Positions 12,973 through 25,600 of a stretch of DNA of 64,000 nt are shown here, piece after piece. Origin of the DNA: Sphagnum compactum (taxonomy: Eukaryota); the NCBI GenBank assembly GCA_965153455.1, contig OZ234493.1:4216001-4280000 (forward strand), read 5' to 3'. The position numbers and the translations under genes were made by a program. The notes below the pieces were generated by a model. That model was not told the DNA's origin. It made no database searches and saw only the letters and a program-made list of their open reading frames with translations. The stretch's first letter is position 1. Every line of letters begins with the position of its first letter.

Positions 12973-15900
12973 TCAAAGACCTTCTGATTCAGCATGTGGG
13001 TTTACCTGCACTTGAATGTCCCTTGAGCGAGAGTTGGTGATATCAATTGGTGAGGATGAAGACAGAACAGGTTGAGAGTCAACCTGAATTACAGGTAAAG
13101 GGTTGAATTCTTTCCTTAACCACTCCACTGCCATAAAGCTGATAGCGGATGCAGGCACAAACCACAGTACTCGGGGCAGAGCCCCCTTAAAGAACCCTTT
13201 AGTGCCTTCCTCTCTCCAAATTGTCTGCAATGCATCTCTCCAGCCTCTGTATCTGCATCAGTGACTGGAGATTATCAACAAAAAAGTTGAACCCAAAGGC
13301 CCTGTTCAGCATTTCTATACTGTCCAATCAAAACCCTAAAACCTAAACCCTACTATTGATATTATCTTTTTCAGGTTCCAGCGATACAAACTGCATGGTC
13401 TACCAATTGCAAGTACCTGGCGCTTGACCCCTGGACTTGTAGCCTAGTCTTCAAAACATCCATAGGTGTGGTCAAGAAGGCACTGAGACCTGCAAACCAC
13501 CAAGCTTATGACTTGGTTTCAAATTCAGAACCATAAGGTTGCTTTTCAAAACTCTGTGGCAATTAACTGCAGACTGCACTATGTCCATGTTTGCAGCTTC
13601 TTTCTGAGCTTTTCATCTGGCATTGTGACTACTTTCGACTGGTCAGACCAGGAAGACCTGGTGATAACCAGTAGTAAGACACACTCCATTGCTAATAAGT
13701 CCAGTAAACACAAAAGGATATGGCAACATGGTATCATCCTTCCTGTTTCTCCTGTAGGTGCTGCTACTTTCTCAGGCTACAAATATTTGATAGGTCAGCA
13801 GCAATTGTCAAGTGTCCACAGATTGTATTGTGTATAGCGACCAGAATACATCAAAGGAAATCAGACCTAGAAACCCATCTTCTTTGTTACTTTTTCCAGT
13901 TTTGACCAGAGGAAGCTCCTTCATGCCAAGAATTATACAACTGAACCCCACAATGAAATTCCTGGATTATATGTGATATTTACAATGGCTACAACAAAAG
14001 ATACATCCCCAAAAAGTTTACAACTGGATCGATACCAGGGGCTTACCCCCAGCAGTACCACCCATGATAAGCTCCTCCAAAGAACTGAATTGATGCTTCT
14101 CTAACCCAACTGGCTGTAATGCTTTGGATGACCCCCATCGCTCCTGCCCATATACCATCGATGCCCTCATTGCTTCATAAAGCATAATCTGTGAAATTGG
14201 ACAGCTGAAATGTTCATTATGTAAGCCTTGGGAGGCACATTTTGTGGTGTAAAATCATCCATACTGCTCAAATGTTGCACAAGAAATTTTGCACAAGGAA
14301 TATAGGTTCAATATGAAATCCCAAGTGCCATCCCAAAGACACGTGCAGAGGAAAAACACTACTGTTCATCCATCAGAGAGAAGATTTTATATACCTGAAG
14401 ACCTGCAAATGGAACATCCCTAACCAGTGTTGAAAAATACCTGCCAATCAACAGTTGTAAGGTATTGAAACTTTAGCAAATGCCGTCGAAATTCAGCACC
14501 ATATCTAGTCAACAAGGCTTCTATCAAGGTTAGAGCATGTTAGAAGAACCTGGTTCACAAGGTTCAGACTTCAATACTTTGAACTACAATTATGTCAGCG
14601 TACTTTAGGAACACATTACTCATGCTTGGTTCTCAGTGTCATGGGCATACCCCGCATACAGGCCTGTGAGGCCCTCTTGCCGTAGAATCACACGGCCAGC
14701 ATGGAAAGCTCCAGAATAGTACACGGCAGGTGTTGCCTTCTTAATGGATGAGGTATAAGTACGGTGCCAAGTCTTACTGCTGCCTTGAATCTGCTAAGTT
14801 TTGCTTCATGCTCAATACAAGTAACAAAAATTGTATATCTAACACAAAACAGCAGCCACTTTCACAATGTGCCTAAGAGCACTTTCTCTTCCACATTTTC
14901 TCTGCCTCAAGATAGTTTTACCATCCTCCAAAGGCTACAGGGAAGCAAAAACAGATACGACGATCAGAAACAAAAGCAAGGGAAACAGTACTAAACTTAC
15001 CTGCATTCTTTGCTTGAGCACTTCACAAGGGACATATACAATGGAACCCAGTGTATCTCCTGAAAAGAGAAAAAAACTATGCATTATGATAAGTCCTTTG
15101 GCCTTCTCAGTGACCCAATCTTTCAAAGCCCGGACATACAATTCCAACTGTGTCTTACCTTCTTTTCACAAGACCTTCCGTTTAAAAGCGGGATTCAATC
15201 AAGATGTACTCTACTGCTTCAAAGATGGATCTTGAGCTTCTTCAATGCTCAACACTCAACTTGTGTGATACATTGGCCTCTTACAATGCTCAAGGGAGAG
15301 GAGACATCAACCAGAGAGCAAAAGAGAAAAGGTGACCTGTTGCACCAGCCAAGAAATGGGCCCAAGGGCCTGCCAAATTAGGGTGCTCGCCCTCCAACCA
15401 ATCTTTACTAGATTCAATGAACCCAAAATATGTGGCTCCTGTAACCATTGACCCTGTCAATCCCGGTACAACTCCACGATATAAACCTGCAAATCACAGC
15501 CTACTCATTAACCATTCAGGCACATCCATTTAACAAAAGACACTCAAATGGATGAATTGCAAGAAATGGATAATGCTGTCAGCTCTATCCTTCAATTTAT
15601 ACATTTAAGAAGAGATACTCAAGTTTTCCATTCATCAAACCAAAGGCTGACCACAAATCTAGACCATAAAAGAGTATGAATTAGGGTTAATCTGCTGACG
15701 AGAAAATCCAGATCCTTGCTTGGCTTGACCACCAAAAGAAGTTTGATACAAAAGGGAGTTGATACACCAAAGAAGTCCACAATAAGGTGCGAGGGAAGGG
15801 AAGAAATCCATTACCCCGAACACCATCTATGCCCACAATATATTTCAAAGCATGCCCGATATCACTTTGTTTCTGCAAGTCAGCAAATAGTGGTTGTCAG

Positions 15901-16983
15901 TCTTGATGAACAGTAGAAGATTACTAGGACCAGATCAGTAGCCTACCAGAACCCGAGAACAAACAAATGACATTACTACAGGACCACTCATGTGCACCTG
16001 TTATCAATGCAATTGCAGAGAAATCTCCACAATAACCACTTGAGGGTAACCTAACAATGAGTGCAGTCATCCACCTTATGAGTTTCTTGCCTACAAAAGT
16101 GTCAGACCATCATCACCTTCATCATCAGGCATAGCAGTGGCCATGAGCTGCTGTAGGTAGCCACTGACTTCATCACCTCAGCTCCCAACAGTAGGTGTAG
16201 ATAAGTTATATAGTAATCCACCAAAAATTTCAGGCAAAGAATTATACAAAACCTGCATCCTGAGTTTCTGTCACATCTCTGGATGCAATGAGAAGACTCA
16301 GGAGTTGGTCACAATGTTGGCTATCTCACTAAAGAGACTCTCATGCACCTGTAAGGTATAACCTTGTGCAAGGGCCGGATACAACCAGAAACTGGAGGTT
16401 TGCTTTTTTGCTTGATGAAAACACCAGACCGTGCATCTTGAAATGCTGGAATGTTGGAATGCACTTGACAAGCAAATGAGTTGCAAAAATGCAGTTCCTG
16501 CAGCTAAGGAAAAAAAGTTGGAGAAACCTAAAAACAGGAGGAGGGGGAGGGATCAAATTTCCAACCTGTAAGGAAAACCCAGTTTGGCCACCACTCTGAA
16601 TGCGGGTTTTGAGAGTGTCCACAGGGTGCAACAGGGTCTCTCCAAATCCACTTGCAAGTGCACCCCATCCAAACTCTCTCCATGCTGTCCCAGCAAAAAA
16701 CGAAAAACCAATCGAAAACAAATCCCACTTGTTCTGTCAGTAGGTTCTAGCAAAACCCTGACAAAGTTAGGGTTAGGGTTTTTCTCTCTCCAATGTCAAA
16801 TCCGAACAAACACACGACGATGACGACGACCCAATTCACAATCCCAGCACAAGAGAAAAAAACTAACAATTCAGAGGAAAAAGGGAAAAAAAATCATCCT
16901 CACTTACAAAAAAACCCGTCTGATCGAGATCCGAGCCTTCGGCTTACTATATTATCCTCCATAGGCTCAGCGATCACCTCCAT
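12973..16983 (-). CDS. Mitochondrial substrate carrier (At1g74240/Mme1/SAM-carrier-like group), ~10 exons
   Basis: Approximate exons: 16983-16908, 16684-16566, 15872-15815, 15486-15337, 15059-15001, 14790-14651, 14440-14394, 14188-14047, 13489-13416, 13253-12973. Motifs WREFGWGALA..GETLLHPVDTLKTRIQ, YVPCEVLKQRMQ, RDVPFAG, TTPMDVLKTRLQVQG and GALPRVLWFVPASA. Confidence 0.9.
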
Positions 16984-19900
16984 GGTGACATAGAAACCTT
17001 GGAGCTGTATGTGTCCCTTGTTGTCATTCACTGCTCTTCCGGCTCCAGAAAAGATTTGGAAGCAGCTTGCATGGTGATGATTCCTTCAACCCTTTCTTTG
17101 TTTTTTCTTTGGTGGTATTGCTTCTTCTTCTCTCCTGCTACCTAAATCCGCATATCCCTTAACCCTAAACTACAAAATCCTTTCACCCCAAATTCATGAT
17201 TTCCCCTCTCTCTCAAATCCAAGACTCCTGCTCACAAACATACATACCCACAACAAACAACTAGGTCATCCCTTAATCTCTCTCTCTCTCACTCTCTCTC
17301 TCTGGACTCTCTGGATCTCTGTGAGTATGCTGGAAGATTGATTGCATGTGCATGAAATTTTTGTATCTTCCTTCCTCCGTGGATTCTGCTGGAAGATCCA
17401 TTTACATGTACAAGAAATTATTATTGTGTTTTGCAAACCCAAGACAAAAAGCCTCTGCTGTGAATGAACACAATGCCGAGTGATACTAGTGGTGAGTTTT
17501 TTGGTTCTCCAGGTTCATCTCAGTTAATGCTCCATCACCTTTGGTTGGTTGCATACACAACACTCTCTTCTCCTCTCTTTATCTCTCTCGTACTCTCCCT
17601 CCCTCTCAGACACATACACAACAGACACACCCTATATGTGTTGCTAATGGCCTGTTTGTTTTGCAGAGTTCTGACACAGGATTGATGGCTTCTGATTGTG
17701 TGTTTTAGCCCATCCAGTGTGCACTCTTTAGTTTCTCCCTCACCCCCACCCATTAACCTGAAAAGATGGAATGGAGAGCCCATTTAACTCTCACCACCTG
17801 GGCCAATCCTTGTAGAAAAAAACAGCCATTTTTTGAGAAACTTCATTGAATATTTCCTATTAACTATCTTTTGGTGGTTTGAAGTTTGAACTTGCAATAC
17901 AAGGCAGCAGGTTTAGGGTTTAGGGTTCATGGTGGTGGATAATTTTGGTAGTGTAATTACCATACCACCTTTGGCCACATCAACACATATTTGTCAAGTA
18001 ATTAATTAACTTTGAGGATTCCATTTCAACAAAGGATATTTTCTCAAATATTTTTTCCATCAGATTCTTTAATTTTCTTCGGGAGAAAAATTTCTGATTT
18101 TTTTTGTAAAAATTTTAATTTCAACATTTCTGAAAATAATATAATTAGTTTCAAACTGGCCCAAGGTCTTAGGTTAGTGTAATTAATAGAGTCTGGAGTT
18201 TTTTAGGGGATTAAACCTTTTCTTTCAATTAATAACCATATTGTTCAAGCAATAAAAGTGTGTGAAGTTTTTTTTATCTTATGGGTGACTTTCACATGAA
18301 AGTTTGACCAAATTTTTTTACCTTTCACATGTGAAGGGTCCCACAACTTCACTAGAAGAAGGGCAAAACCCATTTTTTTGACCCATGACACACACCCACC
18401 AAAAAGAAAGAGAAAAAAAAAATGGGCTTGTTTCTTTTGCCCAATTGGGTGGACCAGCACCCACGTTGGTACTATTGTAAAAATCCCAAAATCCATTTAA
18501 ATTATTTTTAAAAATTACCAAATATTTCATGCTTAGATTACATTAAGGTCTTTGAGGTCAAACCTAATTTTTTTGGGGATTAATATGGCCATTAAGAGGC
18601 ATCACTCAAAAGCTAAAGGTGCAAGATGGGTGTGTGACCTGAAAACAGTGTCAACTGTTCTTAGGTGAAGGCCACTTGGATTGCGCTGGACTGTTGGTAG
18701 CAGCGTGTTTTAACGGCATTAAATTTTTTTAAAAAAATAAAATAAAAGAAAATCTAATCTACTATGTTTTTATTTTGTGTGTTTTTGGTGGTTTGGCAGG
18801 TTATGATGAAGGAAGTAGGTGAGATAGTTTAGGAGATGGAAGAAAATATGAGCAGCCCAATGAAAACTCTTTAAGGCTTTGTGAATCAAATTTCTATAAA
18901 GTGATTGGCAAGGGGGGTTTTTAAGAGATGAGGAAATGAGGTGACGAGGAGATTATTTGAGGTTTTTGAAGAAGGACTTGAGGCATCATTTTTTTTTAAT
19001 TTTTTTCTCTTGTGAAGATTTTGGGAGATCATTGTGGAGGTTTTGGAAGGTGATGAAGGAAAAGTTGTGGGAATGAGGTTTGTATATATCTATTTTGAAA
19101 CAAGTACAAAAACAATCTGATGCGTAATGTACTCAGAAAGGTAAAGTATCTATCTTAGAACTGGGTATGATGGTTGAGAAGGGGGAATGATGAGAAGTTC
19201 TAGAAGTCTCGAGAGCGGCCAACAATTCTTCTCAAGAATCTGTGTTTGTGTTTTGTTTGTATCTGGGTTTTGTTGTCTTGCTTTACAAAAGCGAGTACCT
19301 TGATTTTGGGAACTCCAAAGGACTACAACAGTTCATTAAGTTATGATAGAAATCTGATCGTGTGATTTGTATGGGTCTGAAGATTTTGAAAAGAGAGGCC
19401 AGTGGGTTCAAGAAAGTGAGATTATAAAAATCTGACCCCCTAAAAACCTCAAGCTTCTCTATGATGAAGAAAGCAATTTCTTTGCTGGTTTCTGGACAGA
19501 ATTTAGGTGGCCACTGGCTCGGGCGAGTGTGAAGTTTGGAGAGTGTATTTGTTGTTCAGTATATGCATGTTTTGCATTTTGTTTATTAGTGTCCTTGTTT
19601 TTGGTGATAGGTGTTAATTCACCCTGGTCTTGTCCCATTTTTTTCAATGTATTACACAATATGACATTATGTTTTTTGTTTTTAACCCATCATCGAGCTA
19701 GCAGGAAGCACAACCACACACTCAACCCAAAAACTAACTAACAAAGCTTTTTTGAAAGCGATTGTAACACCACTTAATAAATCTGCCTTTTCTATCACAT
19801 ATCACCTTGTGCATGTTTCAACTTTTTTAAGTCCTTCATTTCCTTAGTATGCACATGCTTGCACAACTTCATGCACTTCACCCATGCAACCCTTTCATAA

Positions 19901-22359
19901 TCCATTAAAGCATCCTATATGAGCTTTTGTTTTCTGTGAATAGGCCAACTTTCATTATTGAATGCCTTGCCATTCCTTTTGGTCCAAATTATCCACAAAG
20001 TAATGTTTCACAATAGAAACCACATCCATGATATTAACTAAATTTTTTTAGATTTTTTAACAACCAAAGATGCAATGTTTACATTACATTGGGGCTAAGT
20101 GCCGAATAGGTATGGACTTATAACTTGATTATTATTTATGTAATTACCTTAGGGTTAAATTAATAGTTTACTTGGCGGTTGGATTTCATAATTTAATTAT
20201 GGTTTGGTCATAACTTTAATTAATGTGCATTGACTCACACATGTTAATTCATTCGATTTTTTTTTTCACATAAGTGTGCATGTTGAATCACATAGGGAGC
20301 GATGTGATGTGTAGACTTTTTTAAAAAATTGTTTAGTTTTCTTTTGGTTAATATATAAGTGAGCGTTTGTGACTTTGGAGACAATTTCGTTTGATGAAAA
20401 TAAATTATTATACGAATGCAAAGTTTCATGCAATATAATTTTAAAGAGAATTGAAATTTTAGTCTTGAAAAGTTTTGGCATAATTTATGTGTATGTGAAA
20501 TCCATGGTAGGAAAACGGTGTGGTATACTATTTATATATAGAAAATAAAAAAATGAGAGAATATTTGTGTAAACAAGAACATAGATTTCTATAGTTATGT
20601 AATAAACATACATAATTTCGATCCCAAACCCACTTGTGATCTACATCTTTTGGTTTCATAACTAGGACCCCATTTTATGTTATTTGTGTTATGAAACTTA
20701 ATTTCGTTCTTAAAGTTTAGTAAAAAATAACAAATTATTATTTTAGTTTTAGAACATGAGATGCAATGTGATTTGATTATCTTTGAATCATGGATAGAAG
20801 TCACAACATGGGTCAAAAAGATTCAGCTTATGGCGATGAAAATTATGGGAAACAAATTAAACATAATTAAATGCATAAAACAACATCATGAAGACCATAA
20901 ACATGAGTCATTATGTTTAACCCCAAGTTTATTTTTCGATTTTACATGTAATTTTAGGCACAACTTGGATTTATGGAAATATGAAAAGTTTCGCAAAAAA
21001 ACCTACATTCAAGAAAGGGAAAAAAATGGCATGTGTTAAGCCATATGTGATAATGTAAATAAAAAGTCTACAAAGAATAGTAGGCATTCATAAATAAATT
21101 CATACTTTGTTGGACCTTGTTGAAACCTTGAAACTTTTTGTTTTTGATGTAAAAAATGTTGTAGGTTTTTGAAAAAAATAAAAATAAAAATATGTTTTAT
21201 TTTTAGGACTAGTGTTTTAAATAAAACAATAATGTCATTAGAAAAGATTTTTTATTCATTTGACACACAATTTCGAAAAGATATGCAATAAACCCCATCA
21301 CTGACATTAGGAGTTGTTGAGTCAAGTTCACATGTTGAAAGACTTATTGAAAGACCTATTGAAAAGTTTAGAACTATAGGTGAACCAAAAGTGTTAATGT
21401 CATAACTACATAGACAACAAAAAGAATATGGACCTTAATTTGACCTTGAACCTGCAAGGCAACATTAAATAGTGATCACATTAGAACGACATTTACTCAT
21501 CTTACTTAATGAGAAGGATGCAACTCCAAACTATGCCATAACCAATAATTTGCATGTCATGTAGAGTGGAGGCGTCATAAATATTCATGATGGCCATGAT
21601 TTTGTAAATTTTATCTTTCAATTTAAACATTAAAATAGAATAATTATATGGTTAGAAATGTTTGGTCTTTTTAAAGAATTGCACCGAGAGGATAGGGAAA
21701 ATTTATTACAAATGTAATGCGGGCCATTGGGAGTTTTCTTATTTATGAAAAGAGATTTGTGAAAGTTAAGTGATAGTTAGTCAGAAAGGACTAATTAGTT
21801 TGGTGTGTTTTTATTTTTTATTTTTAAAAATCAAGATCATTATTTTAATTTTTAGGGGAAGCAAGGCTGAAAACCTTAAAGTATTTTTAATATAATTTTT
21901 TTTGTATTGGTATGAAGCTTAAAACAGTTGTAGAATGCCATAATTTTTTTCCTGAATTTTTAGAACATACATCATCATATTAGTTTGAACAATAAACGCA
22001 AGCATTGAGGGGATCATGGAATGACATAATTAAGGCCTTTGTGAAAGAATTTTTATAAATAATGTCTATCAAATTTTAATACTTGAACTTAGTCAACTAA
22101 AACAGGTGTTTTAAAGTTAATGAGAAAATATAAAAAGAAAACAATGACATTCTAGAATAAACTCCAAGGATGTCTCAGGGTATAGGGCCATGAAGGAATT
22201 AAACCAATTTTTGTTAGAATCAATGTATTGGTGTTAAAACATTTCACCATTGGTTTATTGTTGGAATTACAACAATAAGTGATAAATGAACAAGCGAAGA
22301 CATTTAATGAAGCGGCAGAAGTGGTAAAAAAGAAAGAGAAGAACATGGAGGAGCCCCTA

Positions 22360-22800
22360 GATGGCTCAATTGTGCACCAATGCACCTCCAATCACAAAAT
22401 TCAGACCTTAATGGCTCCCATTTGCATCAATGTTTCCTTACACACTCAAAATGCACTCAACCAACTCAAATCAAGTGCTCTATGAATCGAATGTGCACAA
22501 ATACACCTCAATGACTCAAATCAAGATTTACAATGCTGGAATGTGCACACATGCACATCCAATGTTTCGAAATACCTCCAAAGAGCACCAATTCAGCACT
22601 TGTGCACCTCCAAACTCGAGATGGCCTCCAAAACCTCAAAGCTCTTCCAAAGCTCTTCAAAACTCCTCCAAGGCTCCAAAAGCGCCTCCAACAGTGCAAA
22701 CTCCAAAGAGCACCAATCAAGCACTTGTGCACCTCGAAACTCCAAATGGGCTCCAAAACCTCAAACCTCCTCCAAAGCTCTTCAAAATTCCTCCAAGGCT
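22360..22800. repeat. Degenerate tandem repeats (~128-bp unit x2 plus fragments) downstream of the unknown ORF
   Basis: ctccaaagagcaccaa.tca.gcacttgtgcacctc.aaactc...ctccaaaacctcaaa at ~22577 and ~22701. Confidence 0.7.
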
Positions 22801-22829
22801 GTAACTATACAATCCATGGTGAAAATAAA

Positions 22830-24533
22830 TCATTTTTTGACTCGACCAGAGTCATGAAAACATTTAAAAGTGAGCTCTAGCATGGAATTGGCCATGGAAC
22901 ATTCAACAAAACGTACATGGTCTCTCCAATCAGCCCCATATAGGCTAATATAGTGACGAGCTGCACCTACACGGTCGTCATAAATGCCCTTCTTGGACAA
23001 AAACCCATGACCATTGGGCCTCATCAACATCAAGCCTGGGATAGTACAGTCTCTAACTTTACTAAACAAAAACCACTGTGCATGCTCTATAAAATCCTGA
23101 ATTAATGGTCGATCCCTAGGTGAATCTAACTCCCAACCATCATATCCAAATTTTGATGGTCCCTTCTCCGCCATCTATCGTGTTGAAGCTTCAGCTGCAA
23201 CTTTGGACCAATCTCGTGCCTCTTGCAGTTGACGCCCCATGAATTTGCCACTCCACCCAATAGCTTGGCGAGCAAAAGTGTATGCACTCCGTACTCAAAC
23301 AGATGGTGCACGCTCATCTCTTCCATGAACCTCTGCTGCAAATGCTGAGATGTAGAAACGACACCAATATAAAAACCTATGCAAGGCACCTGATATAGTA
23401 CCACAAGGCCCACCCAACGCGCTCTCTAAGCTTCCAATCCGGAATAAATCCAACTCACTACAAAGTCGACGTTCATCAATCACCATCTCTGTATGGACAG
23501 TAACTTCAACCCTCATGCCTGAAATGCGACTACTCAATACATCTTCTGTCATTGCTCCCCAACGCTCCATCAAATCTTGTAGCTGGTTCAGCCTAGTACG
23601 CATTGTGCGCATAGTAGCTGGCATGTCATCTAACATCTACTTTTGTATCACAGAAAGAATCTCATGGCATAATACTTTGTAAACTTTGACCTTAGCTATA
23701 TGTGGGTCAATGATTGGTCTGAAGTACAAAGACCCATAGCCTTCCACATTGCACATCTCGTGCACAGTGCCCTCCCTGAACCTCCGCGCCTCGCGTTGCA
23801 CTTCACTAAACTTGTAAAGCTGCAATCCACCTGTAGGAAATTGGACCCCATAATCAAACATATTCTTCTGTGTTGGAACAGAAGAACTCATCTCTGCACG
23901 ATATCATTGTATGAAACGATCAATCATAAGCTCTGCATCTGGAATATCCCACTTCATCCCAAAGAATGAAACCCGACATACTCTGGCACCTAAAGAATGC
24001 AGAGCATCTGTCATGGCCGAAATAGGAACATTAACTTGGTTCCGTGATAGTGTTAAACTATCAAAACTACAAGTCAATGTCATACCAAAAGCCCGACGCA
24101 AAGTGTTCACCAAATCATCCTTGAATGCAGCCCTCTCATGCTCATCATTCCCAGCATACACCTTCACCACTATAGGGTCGGAAATCACATGAAACCAATC
24201 ATGAAATTCTGGAAGATCCTTCACCGACACCTTCCGATTGGCCGGACGAACCATAATCCCAAATAATGCAAGTAAATCCCTGGTAAGCATCATGAAACAA
24301 GCTGCATCGAGATCTATAAAGTCTGGATCATTAATCTCAGGATGCTCTAACAAATTAGTGCATGGTCCACTAAGAAGAGCAAACTGAACTAGTGGAACAC
24401 GTATTGCGCTGGCAAGGGGTGCACGAGGGTATAAACGCCTCAAAGTAGGAGTTGGGCGAATCGGAATAACTGGTGGATGTGTTTATATTACGGTATCATC
24501 TGCAAGACGATTTGTGTATTTAACACGAGGCAT
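22830..24533 (-). pseudogene. Intronless ~568-codon ORF of unknown family, disrupted by 5 in-frame stops; probably encoded by a mobile element
   Basis: ORF-track pieces ending at 24443, 23891, 23636 and 23174 are all in one frame with an ATG at 24533. Stops: TAA 24483-5, TGA 23904-6, TAG 23637-9, TGA 23295-7, TAG 23175-7. No frameshifts; globular-protein-like composition. Confidence 0.8.
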
Positions 24534-24839
24534 AACTTCCACTATTTAGATCTTCTAGATGCCAAATATTTGACTACACCAAATGCCAAATGAACCAAAT
24601 CCAAATATCAAGATATACCAAATACCAAGGCTACCAAAAGCAACACATTTCAATATACTAACTATCAACTACACCAAATAAAAAACATTTCCATACACTA
24701 AGTATCACTTGTACCAAATGAAAAATATCTCCCTATGCCAAATACATAAAGGGAGTGATGGAGTTTGCCACGCTTCCCTCTTCCTAAACCGACAAACCCT
24801 GGCCGCCAATTTGGTAGGTGCCGGAATGCGACTCATTGC

Positions 24840-24940
24840 GGGCGCCGGAACATCGGGTCGGACGGACGGACGGACAGTCGGTCAGGCGCCGGAACGTTGG
24901 GTCGGACGGACGGACGGACAGTCGGTCAGACGGACAGACC
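24840..24940. repeat. GC-rich ~46-bp direct duplication with (GGAC)n tracts
   Basis: ggcgccggaac....gggtcggacggacggacggacagtcggtcag occurs twice. Confidence 0.85.
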
Positions 24941-25514
24941 AGCACCTGATGCTTTGGGGAACTTGCCAGCTCCTCCCTTCCACTGCTGCTACGTATATTT
25001 TCAATCTGGCAAATTGGGGTGAGATCGAACTATTTCGTCATAATGGGGGGGGGGGGGGCGGGGATGAGATGTACTAAAACTAGTTATAAAGCGAAATAAC
25101 CTGGACCCAAATTGAGAATCGAAATGCATGGGAAAAAGTTTTTTCAAGTTAGTACTATTCATTCTTGAAGATCAAGGTGATGTCAAAAATTCCAGTGTTT
25201 TTTTAATAATTTTTTCTTTGGCATTGTGCTTTGTTGTTGATTTTGGAATCCACAAAATTTGCTTTTGGTGGACATTCTCTCTACGCACTACTTTTTGTAC
25301 CTCTCCCTGTAAACAGTGCCCTGATGAATTAAGTTTTTAAAAATTCCAGAATTGTCAGCAGAAGGAATTATTAGATACCATGAAAGATCTGCTCACTGCC
25401 TCGTAAGATCATTATCATTAAACTAGAAAAATTAATTTAATCAATTAATATTTTCAAATGAATTAGTTTAGCCTCCATCTATTGCAACCAAGGGTTAATA
25501 AAAGTAGAAACTTA

Positions 25515-25600
25515 AAAAGGGACTTATCAACAATTCAATGTTACAAGTGTCTAGAGATGGGACATTATTCAAAAGAATGTCCAAACTTGTCGGCCTTACT
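25515..25600 (+). mobile_element. Gag zinc-knuckle remnant of a retroelement
   Basis: Translates KRDLSTIQCYKCLEMGHYSKECPNL, i.e. CX2CX4HX4C. The surrounding frame is broken. Confidence 0.7.

Noticed and set aside
10089-16983. Functional cluster of two convergent mitochondrial carriers
   Set aside because: Different subfamilies of a large gene family; adjacency alone is no evidence of co-regulation.
17905-17930. Interstitial telomere (also 41038-41062)
   Set aside because: Only 2-3 TTTAGGG units, consistent with common telo-box-like motifs.
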